A stretch of DNA of 64,000 nucleotides from a virus (taxonomy: Duplodnaviria; Heunggongvirae; Uroviricota; Caudoviricetes): the IMG/VR virus record IMGVR_UViG_3300021400_004456, one strand, 5' to 3'. A program made the position numbers and the translations under genes. Position 1 is the first letter of the stretch. Each line of letters opens with the position of its first letter. This document shows, in pieces, positions 48,396 through 58,570 of the stretch. Under the pieces are notes generated by a model, which ran no database searches, had not been told where the DNA came from, and saw only the letters and a program-made list of their open reading frames with translations.

Positions 48396-48534
48396 ATCAA
48401 CGATAATTTTTATTATTATCTTTTGTGATATTTTGCCACTTCAAAAACATAAAATAAATAGATTATCAAAAAAACAAAATAGCCTAATTTTTGTTTGATA
48501 ACTATTTTATTATTTTTAAAAGGAGATGGATTTT

Positions 48535-48783
48535 GTGGGTAATTTAAATAAGACAAGTACACCTGAAGATTTAAAGAAAGCGTTGAACAAAGTTACAGCA
48601 TTAAAAGCAAAGTTTACTGCTGAATTAGAGGCTACAAAGAGAGATAAAGAAGCGTTAGTTGTTACAACACCAGCTGACGAGCTATTATTATCTGGTCTTG
48701 AGCAAGAAATTTCCGTTTATCTTTTCACGCTTGAAAGTTTTGATAGAATGATTAAACGCATCAATGAATTATTGAATGCTTAA
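48535..48783 (+). CDS. small hypothetical protein
   Basis: GTG 48535 sits 9 nt after AGGAG; the ATG at 48526 abuts the RBS. Confidence 0.4.
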   Translation: MGNLNKTSTPEDLKKALNKVTALKAKFTAELEATKRDKEALVVTTPADELLLSGLEQEISVYLFTLESFDRMIKRINELLNA

Positions 48784-48798
48784 TAAAGGAGAAAACAA

Positions 48799-49416
48799 AT
48801 GCAATATAAAATAAAACGTACAATACTAAATGATGAATTAGCATATCAAATTGAAAATCTAGAAACAAAAAAAATAGTTGACATTTTCTATGTAGAATAT
48901 GGAAAGGATGTTCCCGTTATTGAACGTGCTTTGATTAACGCTATAGTAGATGAATTCAAAAGCAAGTATGGCTCTGGTGAATTAGTATATGATAAAACTA
49001 ATTTCCGTGTAAGATTATCAGTATTGTTAGGTTTATCTATTGAGGATACTCCTGATGGAACTTCAATAATTAGAACAAGCACTTTTGATCCTATTAGAGA
49101 ATGTTATATGCAACTAAGATATACTGAATTTTCAACTGCTCTATACATTATGAAAAGAACAGTATCTGAAAAATCATTAAAAACAACTTTTAACCTTCTT
49201 TTGAATAAAGATATAAAGGAATTATCACCAAAGGTTAAAGAAACATTTGATAAAGCTTGTTCAAAAATCAAAAATGAAACAGATGAGCAAAAAATATTTA
49301 GAGATATCGCATTTTTAGCCTCAGCTCGTGAATACAAAGAGGGACTTTCTAATTGCAATCTTACATCTTCTATGATTAATGAAATTGACAATGTTTTAAT
49401 TGAAGAAAATCTATAA
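48799..49416 (+). CDS. hypothetical protein
   Basis: AAAGGAG RBS. Confidence 0.5.
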   Translation: MQYKIKRTILNDELAYQIENLETKKIVDIFYVEYGKDVPVIERALINAIVDEFKSKYGSGELVYDKTNFRVRLSVLLGLSIEDTPDGTSIIRTSTFDPIRECYMQLRYTEFSTALYIMKRTVSEKSLKTTFNLLLNKDIKELSPKVKETFDKACSKIKNETDEQKIFRDIAFLASAREYKEGLSNCNLTSSMINEIDNVLIEENL

Positions 49417-49436
49417 AATTCATTTCAAATATATTA

Positions 49437-49472
49437 AGAGACTTATAAAAAGTCTCTTTTTTCTTTTTTTTG
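49437..49472 (+). terminator. Rho-independent terminator
   Basis: Stem aagagactt/aagtctctt followed by a long T-run. Confidence 0.7.
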
Positions 49473-49482
49473 TAAAACATAA
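49472..49482 (+). promoter_or_regulatory. class-B motif
   Basis: gtaaaacataa, directly before the giant ORF. Confidence 0.45.
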
Positions 49483-49487
49483 GGAAA

Positions 49488-52400
49488 ATGAAAATTATGA
49501 AAGGACGTGGTTATATGCCAAAATCAATTTTAAATAAAGAATTAGGAGTTATGATTACTCCATCAAATCCTAATCAAATTGATACACTTGCTGATGGCTC
49601 ACTAGAAGTCGGTAATAAAAAGAATCATATGTATTTAAATGGTGAACATTGGAAGGTAATAGATACTGCATCATTAAGTTTAACAGAAAATAATGGTCAA
49701 AGAATTTCCGCTTCTCATTTTGTTGAAAGTTATTTTGCAAAAGTTTACGAAGTTGATATAAAATCAGTTTTATCAAATGAATTAATGAATGACTTCCAAT
49801 CATCTCCGGAAGTAAATCAAAATTCAAATGATAAAAAAGAAAAAACAATTGAAGTAGGCGCAAAATTTAGTAAAGAATATGACGATTTAATTACTCAAAT
49901 TAAAAAAGAATTGTCTAAATCCGATGATAAAAAAGCTAATTTTCAATTAGAAGAAACTATTATAGCGGGCCTAATTGAAAAAATTGAAAATTCTAATTTC
50001 CCTGCTTATGCTGTTGCTTACGATAAGATTCAAAAAGTTTCCGAAATTGAATTACAAGATTTGCAAGCACCTGAAAACTTTGTTTCTGATGCCATAGATA
50101 ATGCAGTTGAAACTACATCTGCTTCAATTCTTGAAATGGTTGTATCAAAATCTGATGAAGAATGCTCTGAGACTGAAAAAGAATATAAAACATTAAACGC
50201 AATTGTAGATAAAAATGAGCAAGTTACTTCTAAACTTGATACTCTTAAAACAGAAATTTTAAAATTTTATTCAGAAGAAATTCAAGATGCTAAAGATAAA
50301 GCCGAAATCTATGCAAAAGAACATTTGATCGAATTAAAAGACGCTTTAGTCGAAAGAATTAATGACTCTCGTTATGCAGTAGGAACTAGAACAGAAAAAT
50401 TCAATGTTGATGTTGAAGGAACCAATAAAATTAAAGAAGGTAAATTCCAATCTGCTAAAGCACAATATGAACAAGATATAGAAAAAATAAGTAAAAATAT
50501 ACGTGAAAATGGTTCTTCTAAGAGAGTTTCCTTTAGAAGAATGGCATCTGTACTTTTACTTCCAATAGGTCTTGTAACAGGTGTTGCTATTTCATCAGCC
50601 TTCACTCCTTTAGTTGGTTTGCCATTAGGCGCTACAATAGTTGGTATGATTGCTAAAGGCCAAATTCGTAATATGCAAGCTATGAAAGGCGAAAATTTAC
50701 CTAAAACCTTTAAACTTTTAAAATTCTCTAATCCTGATGAAGCTCAAAAAATCAAAGCTGATTTTGTTGCAGCTCAAGCAAATTACGAAGCTAGAACATC
50801 TATTGAAAATGAACGTTATGATGCGCTTCAAGACTGTTTGTATGAAATCGATATGGACGCTTCCGATCTTGGAATCGAAAGTAAAAAAGATTATAGAGAA
50901 TTCTTAGATAATAATGTTGAAAAAAGTCAATTAGACGAAGCTCGTAATAAAATCGCTGCTCGTCATTCTCAGAAATTTGAGAATGTAAAACAAGCATTCA
51001 AATCTATCGATGAAGTTGCTGCTAATTTAGGTGACGAAAAGATTTCTCAAATTCTATCTGAAACTGAAACTGGCCTTGACAAAATGACTGGTGAAAAAGG
51101 TAAAATTGAATATTTACTTGAAGCCGAGTTACGTTTTAGAAAGAAAATTGTAGACTTAAAAGCTGATGCAATAGAAAAAAATACTCACAAAAAAATTGAT
51201 GATAAATTCGTTGAAAAATACAAAGCTACAATTGAAAAGATTTCAGACAAGATTTCTAATTTAAAAAATAAATTAAAAGAAACAACTTCTAAAGAAGACA
51301 AGGATAAGTTTAAGAAACAAATTAAAGAATTGGAAAAAATCGAAAAGAACTGCGAAAATAAAGCTAAACAACTTGAAAAGAGTATAGATAGAAACGATAA
51401 AGACATTTCTAAAAATAAAGCAAAAATCGAAAGATTTGCTGAAGCAATAGAAGGTTTAGGAAGTAAAATAAAAACTGATGCCGATTTCTCTAAAAAATTA
51501 GAGAAAGAAAACGATATCGAAAGCTTAAAGAAAGCAGATGAAAAATATTTTGCTTCTAAAGAAGATGAATTCAATGCTTTAGAAAAAGAAATTGATAATG
51601 TTGAAAAAGGTGAGGCTGTTGATACTGATACTGAAAATCAAGAAGAAGTAGCTTACGAATCATCCGAAGAACAATCAACAGAAGAGGATGCTGAAGAAGA
51701 TGCTGAAACCGAAACTGAAACAGAGACTGAAGACGAAAGTTTAGAAGAAGAAACAACCGATGAAGTACCTGATGAAGCGGTAGAGGAAGCATTTACTGAC
51801 GAAGCTGAAGAAGAGGCTATTGAAGATGTTTCTAACGAATTAGAATCCGAAGTAGAAGATACTCAAGCCGAGGAAACACAAGAGCAACCTCAAGAAGCAC
51901 AAGACGAGTTATTTACTGAAACAACTGATAATTCTAAAGATATAGAAGCAATTAAAGCCGAACTTCGTAAAGAATATGAAGCCAAATTAGAAGAAGCAAA
52001 AGCTGAGATTAGAAAAGAATATGAAGCTAAGCTAGAGGCATACGACAACAAGTTTGCTGAAAAAGAAAAAGAAATTCAGGAATTAAAAGCCGAAAATAAA
52101 GTTGAAAATCAACCAGAACCTACAGTTGAAACAAAACAGCCCGAAAAGCGTAATTTTTCTGATAGTGCCGAAAAGAAATTTACTAATAATATAATTACTA
52201 AAGGTATTATAGCTAAATTGTCCGGTGACGTTTCTACAAGTGAAAATAGTGTATTCAAAATTGCTCAAAATAGTGAAGCTCGTGAAACATTACTAGATGC
52301 TTTCTATCAAACTAAAAGTTTCAAAAATGAAAATGATTTCCCTGGTGAAACATATGCTAACTTCCGTGCAACCTTAGATACTGTAAGTGCCATTCAAGAT

Positions 52401-53657
52401 AGTTATGCAATTCATCAAGGAAATGTAGGAACACAATTTGCTTTAACATCTATGTCTCCTACCGAATTTGCTGGTGAATTAATGTCTGGCGATTTTACAA
52501 GCGAAGGTGAAGCTAGTAGCACTCCAGTGGAAATTAGATTTGAACAAAATCCTGAAACTAGCGAAAAACTTCTTGTTTTCGAAGTAAATGGCAAAGCTAT
52601 AGAAATTCCTATGAGCAAATATGAAAAATTATCTGATGCTCAAGGCAAACTATTAGAAAAAATTAAAGATGGAATTGATAAGGCTGAAAATAATTCAGAA
52701 AATTCAATTGAGCCATTCTACGAAGCAATTAGTGATATGATAATCGATGCTTATCCTGAGGGTTCACCTGAAGCTACAGAAAAACTTGATGAATTTGAAA
52801 AACTTATAGATAACATTGATGCTAAACCTGAAACATTGGAAAATGTCGAAAAGAAAATAGATGATGTTGAAAAAGCCGGAGAACCTCATTATGAAATTAC
52901 TGATGATGGTAATATCGAGTATTCTGAAAAGGGTGAAACAACAACTTATACACCTGAAGAGTTTGCTAAAGAACTTAAAACAGATCCTCAATTACAATCT
53001 GATTTACAATCTTTAGAACAAACTACTGAGCAAGCAAATACTGAACAACAACAAACTCTTGAAGAGCAAAATGTTGCACAACCAGTTGAAGCTCAAAAAT
53101 CAGATATTCCTGTTGCACAAAATCCTATTGAACAACAACCTGCTATGGAAAGACAACCTGGTCACCTTAGAGGATTATTAAATCAAATGGTTGAAAATCA
53201 AAAAGCTGCAATTTTACAACCTGTTGAAGCTTTTAAAACTCAATTTAAGGATGACAAATTTAGTTTTGCACACCCTATCGAAGCTAAGAAAGCATCAAAT
53301 GGTTCTGATTTCCAAAAGATGGGCGCATTACTAGAAGCTCTCGGAAAAGCAATTGGTTCTGATAAACTTCAAGGTATCGGCGAAAAGTTATATAAAAAGG
53401 GTTCTAAAATGAAAGATGAAGTTGATACTTTCAAGAAAGAACTTGCAGAAAAAGGTGCAGATACTGAAGCTAAAGCAGATAATGGTGAAGATATTCAAAA
53501 GGCAGATGCTGAATTACAACAAGATGCTATGGATACTCTTAACGAAATTCCTACTGATACAGACACAGATAATAATGCTGAAAATCAAGTTGAAAGTCCT
53601 ACCGATGTGGACACTGACGACTTTGATGCTGGTGAGTCATTCGCTGCTTTACTATAA
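49488..53657 (+). CDS. giant acidic coiled-coil membrane protein
   Basis: 1389 aa. Two adjacent TM helices (~aa 345-390). Long Lys/Glu coiled coils. Poly-acidic Glu/Asp/Thr block. Tandem protein repeat RKEYEAKLEEAKAEI/RKEYEAKLEAY. The start could be 49515. Confidence 0.55.
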   Translation: MKIMKGRGYMPKSILNKELGVMITPSNPNQIDTLADGSLEVGNKKNHMYLNGEHWKVIDTASLSLTENNGQRISASHFVESYFAKVYEVDIKSVLSNELMNDFQSSPEVNQNSNDKKEKTIEVGAKFSKEYDDLITQIKKELSKSDDKKANFQLEETIIAGLIEKIENSNFPAYAVAYDKIQKVSEIELQDLQAPENFVSDAIDNAVETTSASILEMVVSKSDEECSETEKEYKTLNAIVDKNEQVTSKLDTLKTEILKFYSEEIQDAKDKAEIYAKEHLIELKDALVERINDSRYAVGTRTEKFNVDVEGTNKIKEGKFQSAKAQYEQDIEKISKNIRENGSSKRVSFRRMASVLLLPIGLVTGVAISSAFTPLVGLPLGATIVGMIAKGQIRNMQAMKGENLPKTFKLLKFSNPDEAQKIKADFVAAQANYEARTSIENERYDALQDCLYEIDMDASDLGIESKKDYREFLDNNVEKSQLDEARNKIAARHSQKFENVKQAFKSIDEVAANLGDEKISQILSETETGLDKMTGEKGKIEYLLEAELRFRKKIVDLKADAIEKNTHKKIDDKFVEKYKATIEKISDKISNLKNKLKETTSKEDKDKFKKQIKELEKIEKNCENKAKQLEKSIDRNDKDISKNKAKIERFAEAIEGLGSKIKTDADFSKKLEKENDIESLKKADEKYFASKEDEFNALEKEIDNVEKGEAVDTDTENQEEVAYESSEEQSTEEDAEEDAETETETETEDESLEEETTDEVPDEAVEEAFTDEAEEEAIEDVSNELESEVEDTQAEETQEQPQEAQDELFTETTDNSKDIEAIKAELRKEYEAKLEEAKAEIRKEYEAKLEAYDNKFAEKEKEIQELKAENKVENQPEPTVETKQPEKRNFSDSAEKKFTNNIITKGIIAKLSGDVSTSENSVFKIAQNSEARETLLDAFYQTKSFKNENDFPGETYANFRATLDTVSAIQDSYAIHQGNVGTQFALTSMSPTEFAGELMSGDFTSEGEASSTPVEIRFEQNPETSEKLLVFEVNGKAIEIPMSKYEKLSDAQGKLLEKIKDGIDKAENNSENSIEPFYEAISDMIIDAYPEGSPEATEKLDEFEKLIDNIDAKPETLENVEKKIDDVEKAGEPHYEITDDGNIEYSEKGETTTYTPEEFAKELKTDPQLQSDLQSLEQTTEQANTEQQQTLEEQNVAQPVEAQKSDIPVAQNPIEQQPAMERQPGHLRGLLNQMVENQKAAILQPVEAFKTQFKDDKFSFAHPIEAKKASNGSDFQKMGALLEALGKAIGSDKLQGIGEKLYKKGSKMKDEVDTFKKELAEKGADTEAKADNGEDIQKADAELQQDAMDTLNEIPTDTDTDNNAENQVESPTDVDTDDFDAGESFAALL
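51955..52045 (+). repeat. imperfect tandem repeat (~63 nt unit) inside the giant ORF
   Basis: cgtaaagaatatgaagccaaattagaa..agaaaagaatatgaagctaagctagag encodes RKEYEAKLE twice. Confidence 0.5.
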
Positions 53658-53662
53658 TAAGA

Positions 53663-53695
53663 AAACTTCCCCTAAAAAGGAAGTTTTTTTCTTTT
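53663..53695 (+). terminator. Rho-independent terminator
   Basis: Stem aaacttcc/ggaagttt followed by ttttttt. Confidence 0.7.
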
Positions 53696-53698
53696 GTT

Positions 53699-53711
53699 AA
53701 ACACCTAATAT
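53699..53711 (+). promoter_or_regulatory. class-A motif
   Basis: aaacacctaatat; a class-B motif follows at 53741-53751, before erf. Confidence 0.5.
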
Positions 53712-53787
53712 AAGCATAATAAAAATAATAAGTTTTTTTGTTAAAACATAATAAAAATGACTTCAATAAATATTAGGAGGAAATGTA

Positions 53788-54576
53788 ATGGAAAATAAGG
53801 TAATGGAAAATAAGAAGACGTTTTATGAGAAGTTCAATGAGGTTCAAATGAAGCTTAGCGCTCCAAAGAATCAAACAAACGATTTTGGTAAGTATCAATA
53901 TCGTAGTTGTGAAGATATTTATGAAGGCTTAAAACAAGTTCTACCTGGCACAGGTTTAGTTGTGACTGTATCTGATGACTTAATGATTGAGCGATCAGCT
54001 ACTGATCCTAATAGACTTATATTTATTATTAAGGCTGTAGCAACTGTTTCAGATGGCTCTGATAATTCTTTATCATCAACAAGCTATGCTCAAGTTGATC
54101 AACACAAGGGTATGTCAGCTGAACAAACGTTTGGTACTGCATCATCTTATGCACGTAAATATGCTTTAAATGGTTTATTTATGATCGATGACAATAAAGA
54201 TGCTGATAGCACTGAAGTAACGAAAAATGATGCTGTAAAGAGTAATACTCCTACTAAGCAACCTGCTAAGAATGTTGTTCAAAATAAGAACAATACTCAA
54301 AAACCAGCTAGTGCCCCTGCTCAAAAACCAGCTAGTGCCCCTGCTCAAAAACCAACTAATAATCCTAAAAAGTCTGAAGGTGGAGCAAATAATGCTAAGA
54401 AACCTACTCTTGATAAGGAACTAGTAGCAAAGGCTAAGAAATTAGGAATTGCTGCTGATAAGTTAGCTGCTTTCTTAAAAAAGAAGCCTAATGAATTAAC
54501 AGATGCTGATTTACTATATGCTGTCAATGCTAAGGAACAAGAATTAGCAAAGAAACCTCAAGAAACTAAAAAGTAA
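53788..54576 (+). CDS. erf: ERF-family single-strand annealing protein
   Basis: The N-terminal domain resembles phage Erf proteins (..FYEKFNEVQMKLSAPKNQTNDFGKYQYRSCEDIYEGLK.. and ..SSYARKYALNGLFMIDDNKDAD..). The C-terminal tail is low-complexity with a KPASAPAQ tandem repeat. Confidence 0.7.
   Translation: MENKVMENKKTFYEKFNEVQMKLSAPKNQTNDFGKYQYRSCEDIYEGLKQVLPGTGLVVTVSDDLMIERSATDPNRLIFIIKAVATVSDGSDNSLSSTSYAQVDQHKGMSAEQTFGTASSYARKYALNGLFMIDDNKDADSTEVTKNDAVKSNTPTKQPAKNVVQNKNNTQKPASAPAQKPASAPAQKPTNNPKKSEGGANNAKKPTLDKELVAKAKKLGIAADKLAAFLKKKPNELTDADLLYAVNAKEQELAKKPQETKK
54301..54348 (+). repeat. perfect tandem duplication of a 24-nt unit (aaaccagctagtgcccctgctcaa) inside erf
   Basis: Two identical consecutive copies encode KPASAPAQ twice in the low-complexity tail. 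Confidence 0.7.
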
Positions 54577-54583
54577 TTTTAAA

Positions 54584-54610
54584 GTCTCTCTAATTGAGAG
54601 GCTTTTTTCT
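54584..54610 (+). terminator. Rho-independent terminator
   Basis: Stem ctctc/gagag (extended with a mismatch) followed by tttttt. Confidence 0.5.
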
Positions 54611-54645
54611 TTCAAAAAAATAGGCATTTTAAAACATAAAGTAAT

Positions 54646-54658
54646 AAACACCTAATAA
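54646..54658 (+). promoter_or_regulatory. class-A motif (variant ..TAATAA)
   Basis: Preceded by a class-B motif at 54627-54639, before the topoisomerase gene. Confidence 0.45.
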
Positions 54659-54685
54659 TAGTATTAGTTGTCTTAGGAGGTCTTT

Positions 54686-56818
54686 ATGGGACTTATTTTA
54701 ATTATAGCAGAAAAGCCCAGTGTAGCTAAAAAAATTGCACACGCTTTAAATGTCAAGTTTGATAATAAAGCAAGTTTGTGGCAAGATGATGAATATATTG
54801 TAACAAATTGTGTAGGTCATCTTTTTAGAACTAAAATGCCTGAAAACATTGATGAAAAATATAAAAAATGGAGTTTAGAAACATTACCTTTCTTTTTTGA
54901 AACATTACCATTAGAAATTAATCCAAGTGTTAAAGATCAATGGTCAATTATCAAAAAGTGTATGAAAACTCCTGATATAGAAGAAATAGTTAATGCTTGT
55001 GACCCTGATGATGAAGGCGAACGTATTTTTAGAGAAGTATATTACGAAAGTGGCTTTAATCGTAAAATAAAAGCAACTAGAATGTGGCTAGAATCTGTAG
55101 CATCAGATAATGCTATATTAGATGCTTTCAATAATAGAAAAGCTTTAAATCTTTATGATGGAATGTATAATTATTCTTTAGCTCGTAATAGTGACGATTA
55201 TCATAGAGGTACAAATATTACTCGTGCATTAACTGTCAAAAATGGAAATGGAGTATTGCTTTCTCAAGGACGTGTTCAAACTCCTACTGTTAATCACGTG
55301 GTAGAACTAGAACTAGCGATTAGAAATTTCAAATCCACAAAGTTTTATAAATTATTAGCTAACACTAATAAAGGGTTTGTTGGAAGTTATATAAATTCTA
55401 ATCTTGATAATAATCGTTTTAAAACACTACAAGAAGCTCAAGAAATATCCAAAAAAATTGGAACAGGTGAAGCTTTAGTAACCTTTGCTGAAAATAAAAT
55501 AGTTAAAGAAAGTCCTAAAAATCTATACAATCTTTCAGATTTACAAACAGAAGCAAATAAAAGATTTAAGTATAGTCCATTAGAAGTTTTAAACATTTGT
55601 CAAGCATTATATGAAACTCACGGATTAACTACTTATCCTAGAACAGACGAAAATAGAATTTCTCCTGCGCTTGCAGAAAAGTGTCCGACAATTTTAAAGG
55701 GATTGCCTTCTATTTTTAAAGATAAAATACAACCTATTTTTGACAATTCTTATAAATTAAGAGAGCGTTGTATTGCTAAAAAGGATATTGGAGCCCACGA
55801 AGCAATTACTCCAGTTCCCGAAAAAATTAGCGATGATAAAATTTCTAAGTTATCAACTAAAGAATTAAATATTTATAAAATGATAGTTGAAAGACTATTA
55901 GAAAATTATTATCCTGATGCAGTTTATGAAACTCAAAAAATTAAATTTGTAAGAAATGATGAAACCTTTGAAACTAATAGCAAGGTATTAAAATCTTTAG
56001 GTTTTAAATCCGTTTCTTCTAGTAAAACTGATGATGAAAAGAACGATAATAACACTATTGCTGTTTCACAAGGTGAAAAGATAAATATTACTAAACTCGA
56101 AATTAAAGAAGGCAATACAGAACCACCAAAACGTCTTACAGAAGGTTCTTTAATTGCTTGGATGGCTTCTCCATTGTCTAGCGTTGAAAATAAAGAAGAC
56201 AAAGAAATTTTAAAAGAAATTCAAGGCATTGGAACCGAGGCAACTCGTGGTGCCATTATAGAAGAAATGAAAAATCGTGGTTATATAAAATCTGAAAAAG
56301 GGACTTTATATGCAACTGATTTAGGAATAGATCTTATTGATAGAACACCTGCCTCAATGAAATCAGTTATGCTTACCGTTGAAAACGAAAAAGAGCTAAC
56401 TAAAATTAAAAAAGGTTCTTTAACACTTGAGAAACATTTTGAAAAAACAAAACAAGATGTTACTCAAATTGTGGAAGAAATAAAAAACTCAAGAAAGGAG
56501 GGCATTACAAAAGTGGCCGAAAGCTTATGTAAGTGTCCACATTGCGATGGTAACATTTTAAAAGGTCAATATGGCTTTTATTGTGATAAGAAATGTGGAG
56601 TAAGTATCAATCCTGAAAGAGCCTTTTCTGCGCTTGGTTTAAAGAGATTAACTGACAATCAAGTAAAGCAAATGTTTACAAAGGGAGTTACTTCTAAAAA
56701 AGCTAAATTAGTTTCACCAAAATCTGGTAAAGAATTTGAAGCTTTCCTTACTTATGAATTTAATCCTGATGGCGAAAAGCCTTGGGAGAAAAATAAGACA
56801 GGTTTTAAATTCGACTAA
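54686..56818 (+). CDS. type IA DNA topoisomerase (Topo I/III family)
   Basis: N-terminal Toprim (LILIIAEKPS). Active-site tyrosine motif GLTTYPRTD. C-terminal zinc ribbons (CKCPHC..C..C). Confidence 0.85.
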   Translation: MGLILIIAEKPSVAKKIAHALNVKFDNKASLWQDDEYIVTNCVGHLFRTKMPENIDEKYKKWSLETLPFFFETLPLEINPSVKDQWSIIKKCMKTPDIEEIVNACDPDDEGERIFREVYYESGFNRKIKATRMWLESVASDNAILDAFNNRKALNLYDGMYNYSLARNSDDYHRGTNITRALTVKNGNGVLLSQGRVQTPTVNHVVELELAIRNFKSTKFYKLLANTNKGFVGSYINSNLDNNRFKTLQEAQEISKKIGTGEALVTFAENKIVKESPKNLYNLSDLQTEANKRFKYSPLEVLNICQALYETHGLTTYPRTDENRISPALAEKCPTILKGLPSIFKDKIQPIFDNSYKLRERCIAKKDIGAHEAITPVPEKISDDKISKLSTKELNIYKMIVERLLENYYPDAVYETQKIKFVRNDETFETNSKVLKSLGFKSVSSSKTDDEKNDNNTIAVSQGEKINITKLEIKEGNTEPPKRLTEGSLIAWMASPLSSVENKEDKEILKEIQGIGTEATRGAIIEEMKNRGYIKSEKGTLYATDLGIDLIDRTPASMKSVMLTVENEKELTKIKKGSLTLEKHFEKTKQDVTQIVEEIKNSRKEGITKVAESLCKCPHCDGNILKGQYGFYCDKKCGVSINPERAFSALGLKRLTDNQVKQMFTKGVTSKKAKLVSPKSGKEFEAFLTYEFNPDGEKPWEKNKTGFKFD

Positions 56819-56830
56819 TTTATAAGAAAA

Positions 56831-56856
56831 AGGAGGTTTAATACCTCTTTTTTTAT
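56831..56856 (+). terminator. Rho-independent terminator
   Basis: Stem gaggt/acctc followed by ttttttt. Confidence 0.55.
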
Positions 56857-56964
56857 TGTCTAAACGTTTAATTAACGAAAATATTAGAAAATCTTTTAAT
56901 AAAAAAACATAATTAAAAGCGATTAAATCAATGTGTTTAATTAAGAAAAGTAAAAATGAGGTGA

Positions 56965-57366
56965 ATGAAATTGTCAAGAAAACGTAAAACAAAACAAAGA
57001 ACTGCTAAAGTTGAAATTGACAAATTTTTCGAAGAGCTTCGTGAAACATTAAATATTTATGCATTTCAAAATGAAAGTGATCTTAAATATGATTGTTTGG
57101 TGAAGGCTAAAGTACCTTGTGTTGTTACTAGATTTCCCAAAAGGGATTACTTTGAAAAAGATGATGATAATACTTTAATGTCTAGTGGTTTTACAATCTT
57201 TTATAACAATTTATCTAATGATGTGTTAGATGAATTAAAGACAAAAGTTTATTTTCACTTCAAAAGTGTATTCTGGATAAAGTTTTCAAGTGAAGACATA
57301 AGGAAAAACGAAGACAAGACTTTATGTAGTGGTACAATAACTTTTAAAAATATTATAAAAAAATAA
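56965..57366 (+). CDS. hypothetical protein
   Basis: ORF-track coordinates were kept. My hand translation near the start disagreed by one nucleotide and I could not resolve it. Confidence 0.4.
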   Translation: MKLSRKRKTKQRTAKVEIDKFFEELRETLNIYAFQNESDLKYDCLVKAKVPCVVTRFPKRDYFEKDDDNTLMSSGFTIFYNNLSNDVLDELKTKVYFHFKSVFWIKFSSEDIRKNEDKTLCSGTITFKNIIKK

Positions 57367-57394
57367 AAATTAAGGAAAACGGAGATTAAAAAGA

Positions 57395-57862
57395 ATGAAA
57401 TTAAGAACAATCGATACTCCTAGAGTTGCTAAGGAGTTTATTAGAGTATCAGCAAAAGAAAATTTTGACAGCAACAATGGAAAGGTGGCTTCTCGTATTT
57501 TAAAGTCCCTTATTTGTGAAGATAAGGTAGTATTCTTAAAGTATATTGATGAAGGCCCTGCTGGTGCTACAATTAATACAAAAGTTAAGAAGATTTTAAC
57601 TATTATGGGTAGAATGTTAAATGAACCGCTTTTAAATATTTGTGGTTCAGCCGATAAGATTCCTGCAAAGTATGCAGAACTATATAAGCAAGGTTCTAAA
57701 TTAACAGTATTAGCATTCCCACCTGTATTAAAGGATACAACAATGTCACGCTTCGTTGTAGAAAACGATGAACACGTTAAGGTTGCAACTGAAGATGAAC
57801 AAAGTACAATTAAAAAGGCAACAGTTATCCGATTAGAATTAATGATCCTAGATGAAGATTAA
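57395..57862 (+). CDS. hypothetical protein
   Basis: 155 aa with ACGGAG RBS. Confidence 0.5.
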   Translation: MKLRTIDTPRVAKEFIRVSAKENFDSNNGKVASRILKSLICEDKVVFLKYIDEGPAGATINTKVKKILTIMGRMLNEPLLNICGSADKIPAKYAELYKQGSKLTVLAFPPVLKDTTMSRFVVENDEHVKVATEDEQSTIKKATVIRLELMILDED

Positions 57863-57905
57863 TTTTAATATGGATGTTGTAATACAAGAGAGGAGTTAGA
57901 TATTT

Positions 57906-58568
57906 ATGACAAACAAAGTTTTAACCGATGAAGACATCATCATTCCGGGTGAAGAAAAACAAGAAGCTCCTAAGACTTCTAAAAGAGGCCGTAAATCTAA
58001 GAAAACTGTGTCAGTTGAAGAAATTAAAACTGAAACAACTGAGGCCTCTGCCGAAGAAACTAAAACTGAACCAGTCAAAGAAGAAACTTCTGAAGCTGTT
58101 TCTACCGAAGCTCCTGTGTCTGCAGTAGTTGAAGAAAAGCCTAAAGATGTTGAAAAAGTAGAAGAAAAGGTTGAGGAACCTTCTGCACTTTCAGGTGAAA
58201 GAACAACATCTATTGAAGATTTAACTTTGGAAAAAGATGAAACTGTAGAACAAAAAATCATTAAAATCTATAATGAATTAGATGATATTGATTTACCCGA
58301 ATTACAAGATGAAATTACAAAATTAAAGGAAGGATTACAACAATTAGAAGCAAGATTGGCCGTTGTTAGAGCACAAAAAGAAGCTCTAGCTGAAGAAGAA
58401 TATGACAAGGATAATGTTTCTCCATTAGTTGAAGGTGTTCATAAAGAAGAACCTTTAGTGTATGAAACTGTCCCTAATAACAATCTTTTATCTTGGATTT
58501 TCCTTGGTGTTATTGGTGTGTCCTTAATTGCTCTTATCATCTTGTTATCTATTGTTATTATGAAATAA
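57906..58568 (+). CDS. acidic, tail-anchored membrane protein
   Basis: Glu/Thr/Lys-rich low-complexity N-terminal region, a coiled coil, and a single C-terminal TM helix. Confidence 0.5.
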   Translation: MTNKVLTDEDIIIPGEEKQEAPKTSKRGRKSKKTVSVEEIKTETTEASAEETKTEPVKEETSEAVSTEAPVSAVVEEKPKDVEKVEEKVEEPSALSGERTTSIEDLTLEKDETVEQKIIKIYNELDDIDLPELQDEITKLKEGLQQLEARLAVVRAQKEALAEEEYDKDNVSPLVEGVHKEEPLVYETVPNNNLLSWIFLGVIGVSLIALIILLSIVIMK

Positions 58569-58570
58569 TA

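Noticed and set aside
56964-57003. Apparent extra A when hand-translating the start of ORF 56965..57366 (a 14-codon ORF in another frame)
   Set aside because: It is most likely my own counting error in an A-rich stretch. The ORF track gives a continuous 133-aa protein, so I kept the track coordinates at reduced confidence.
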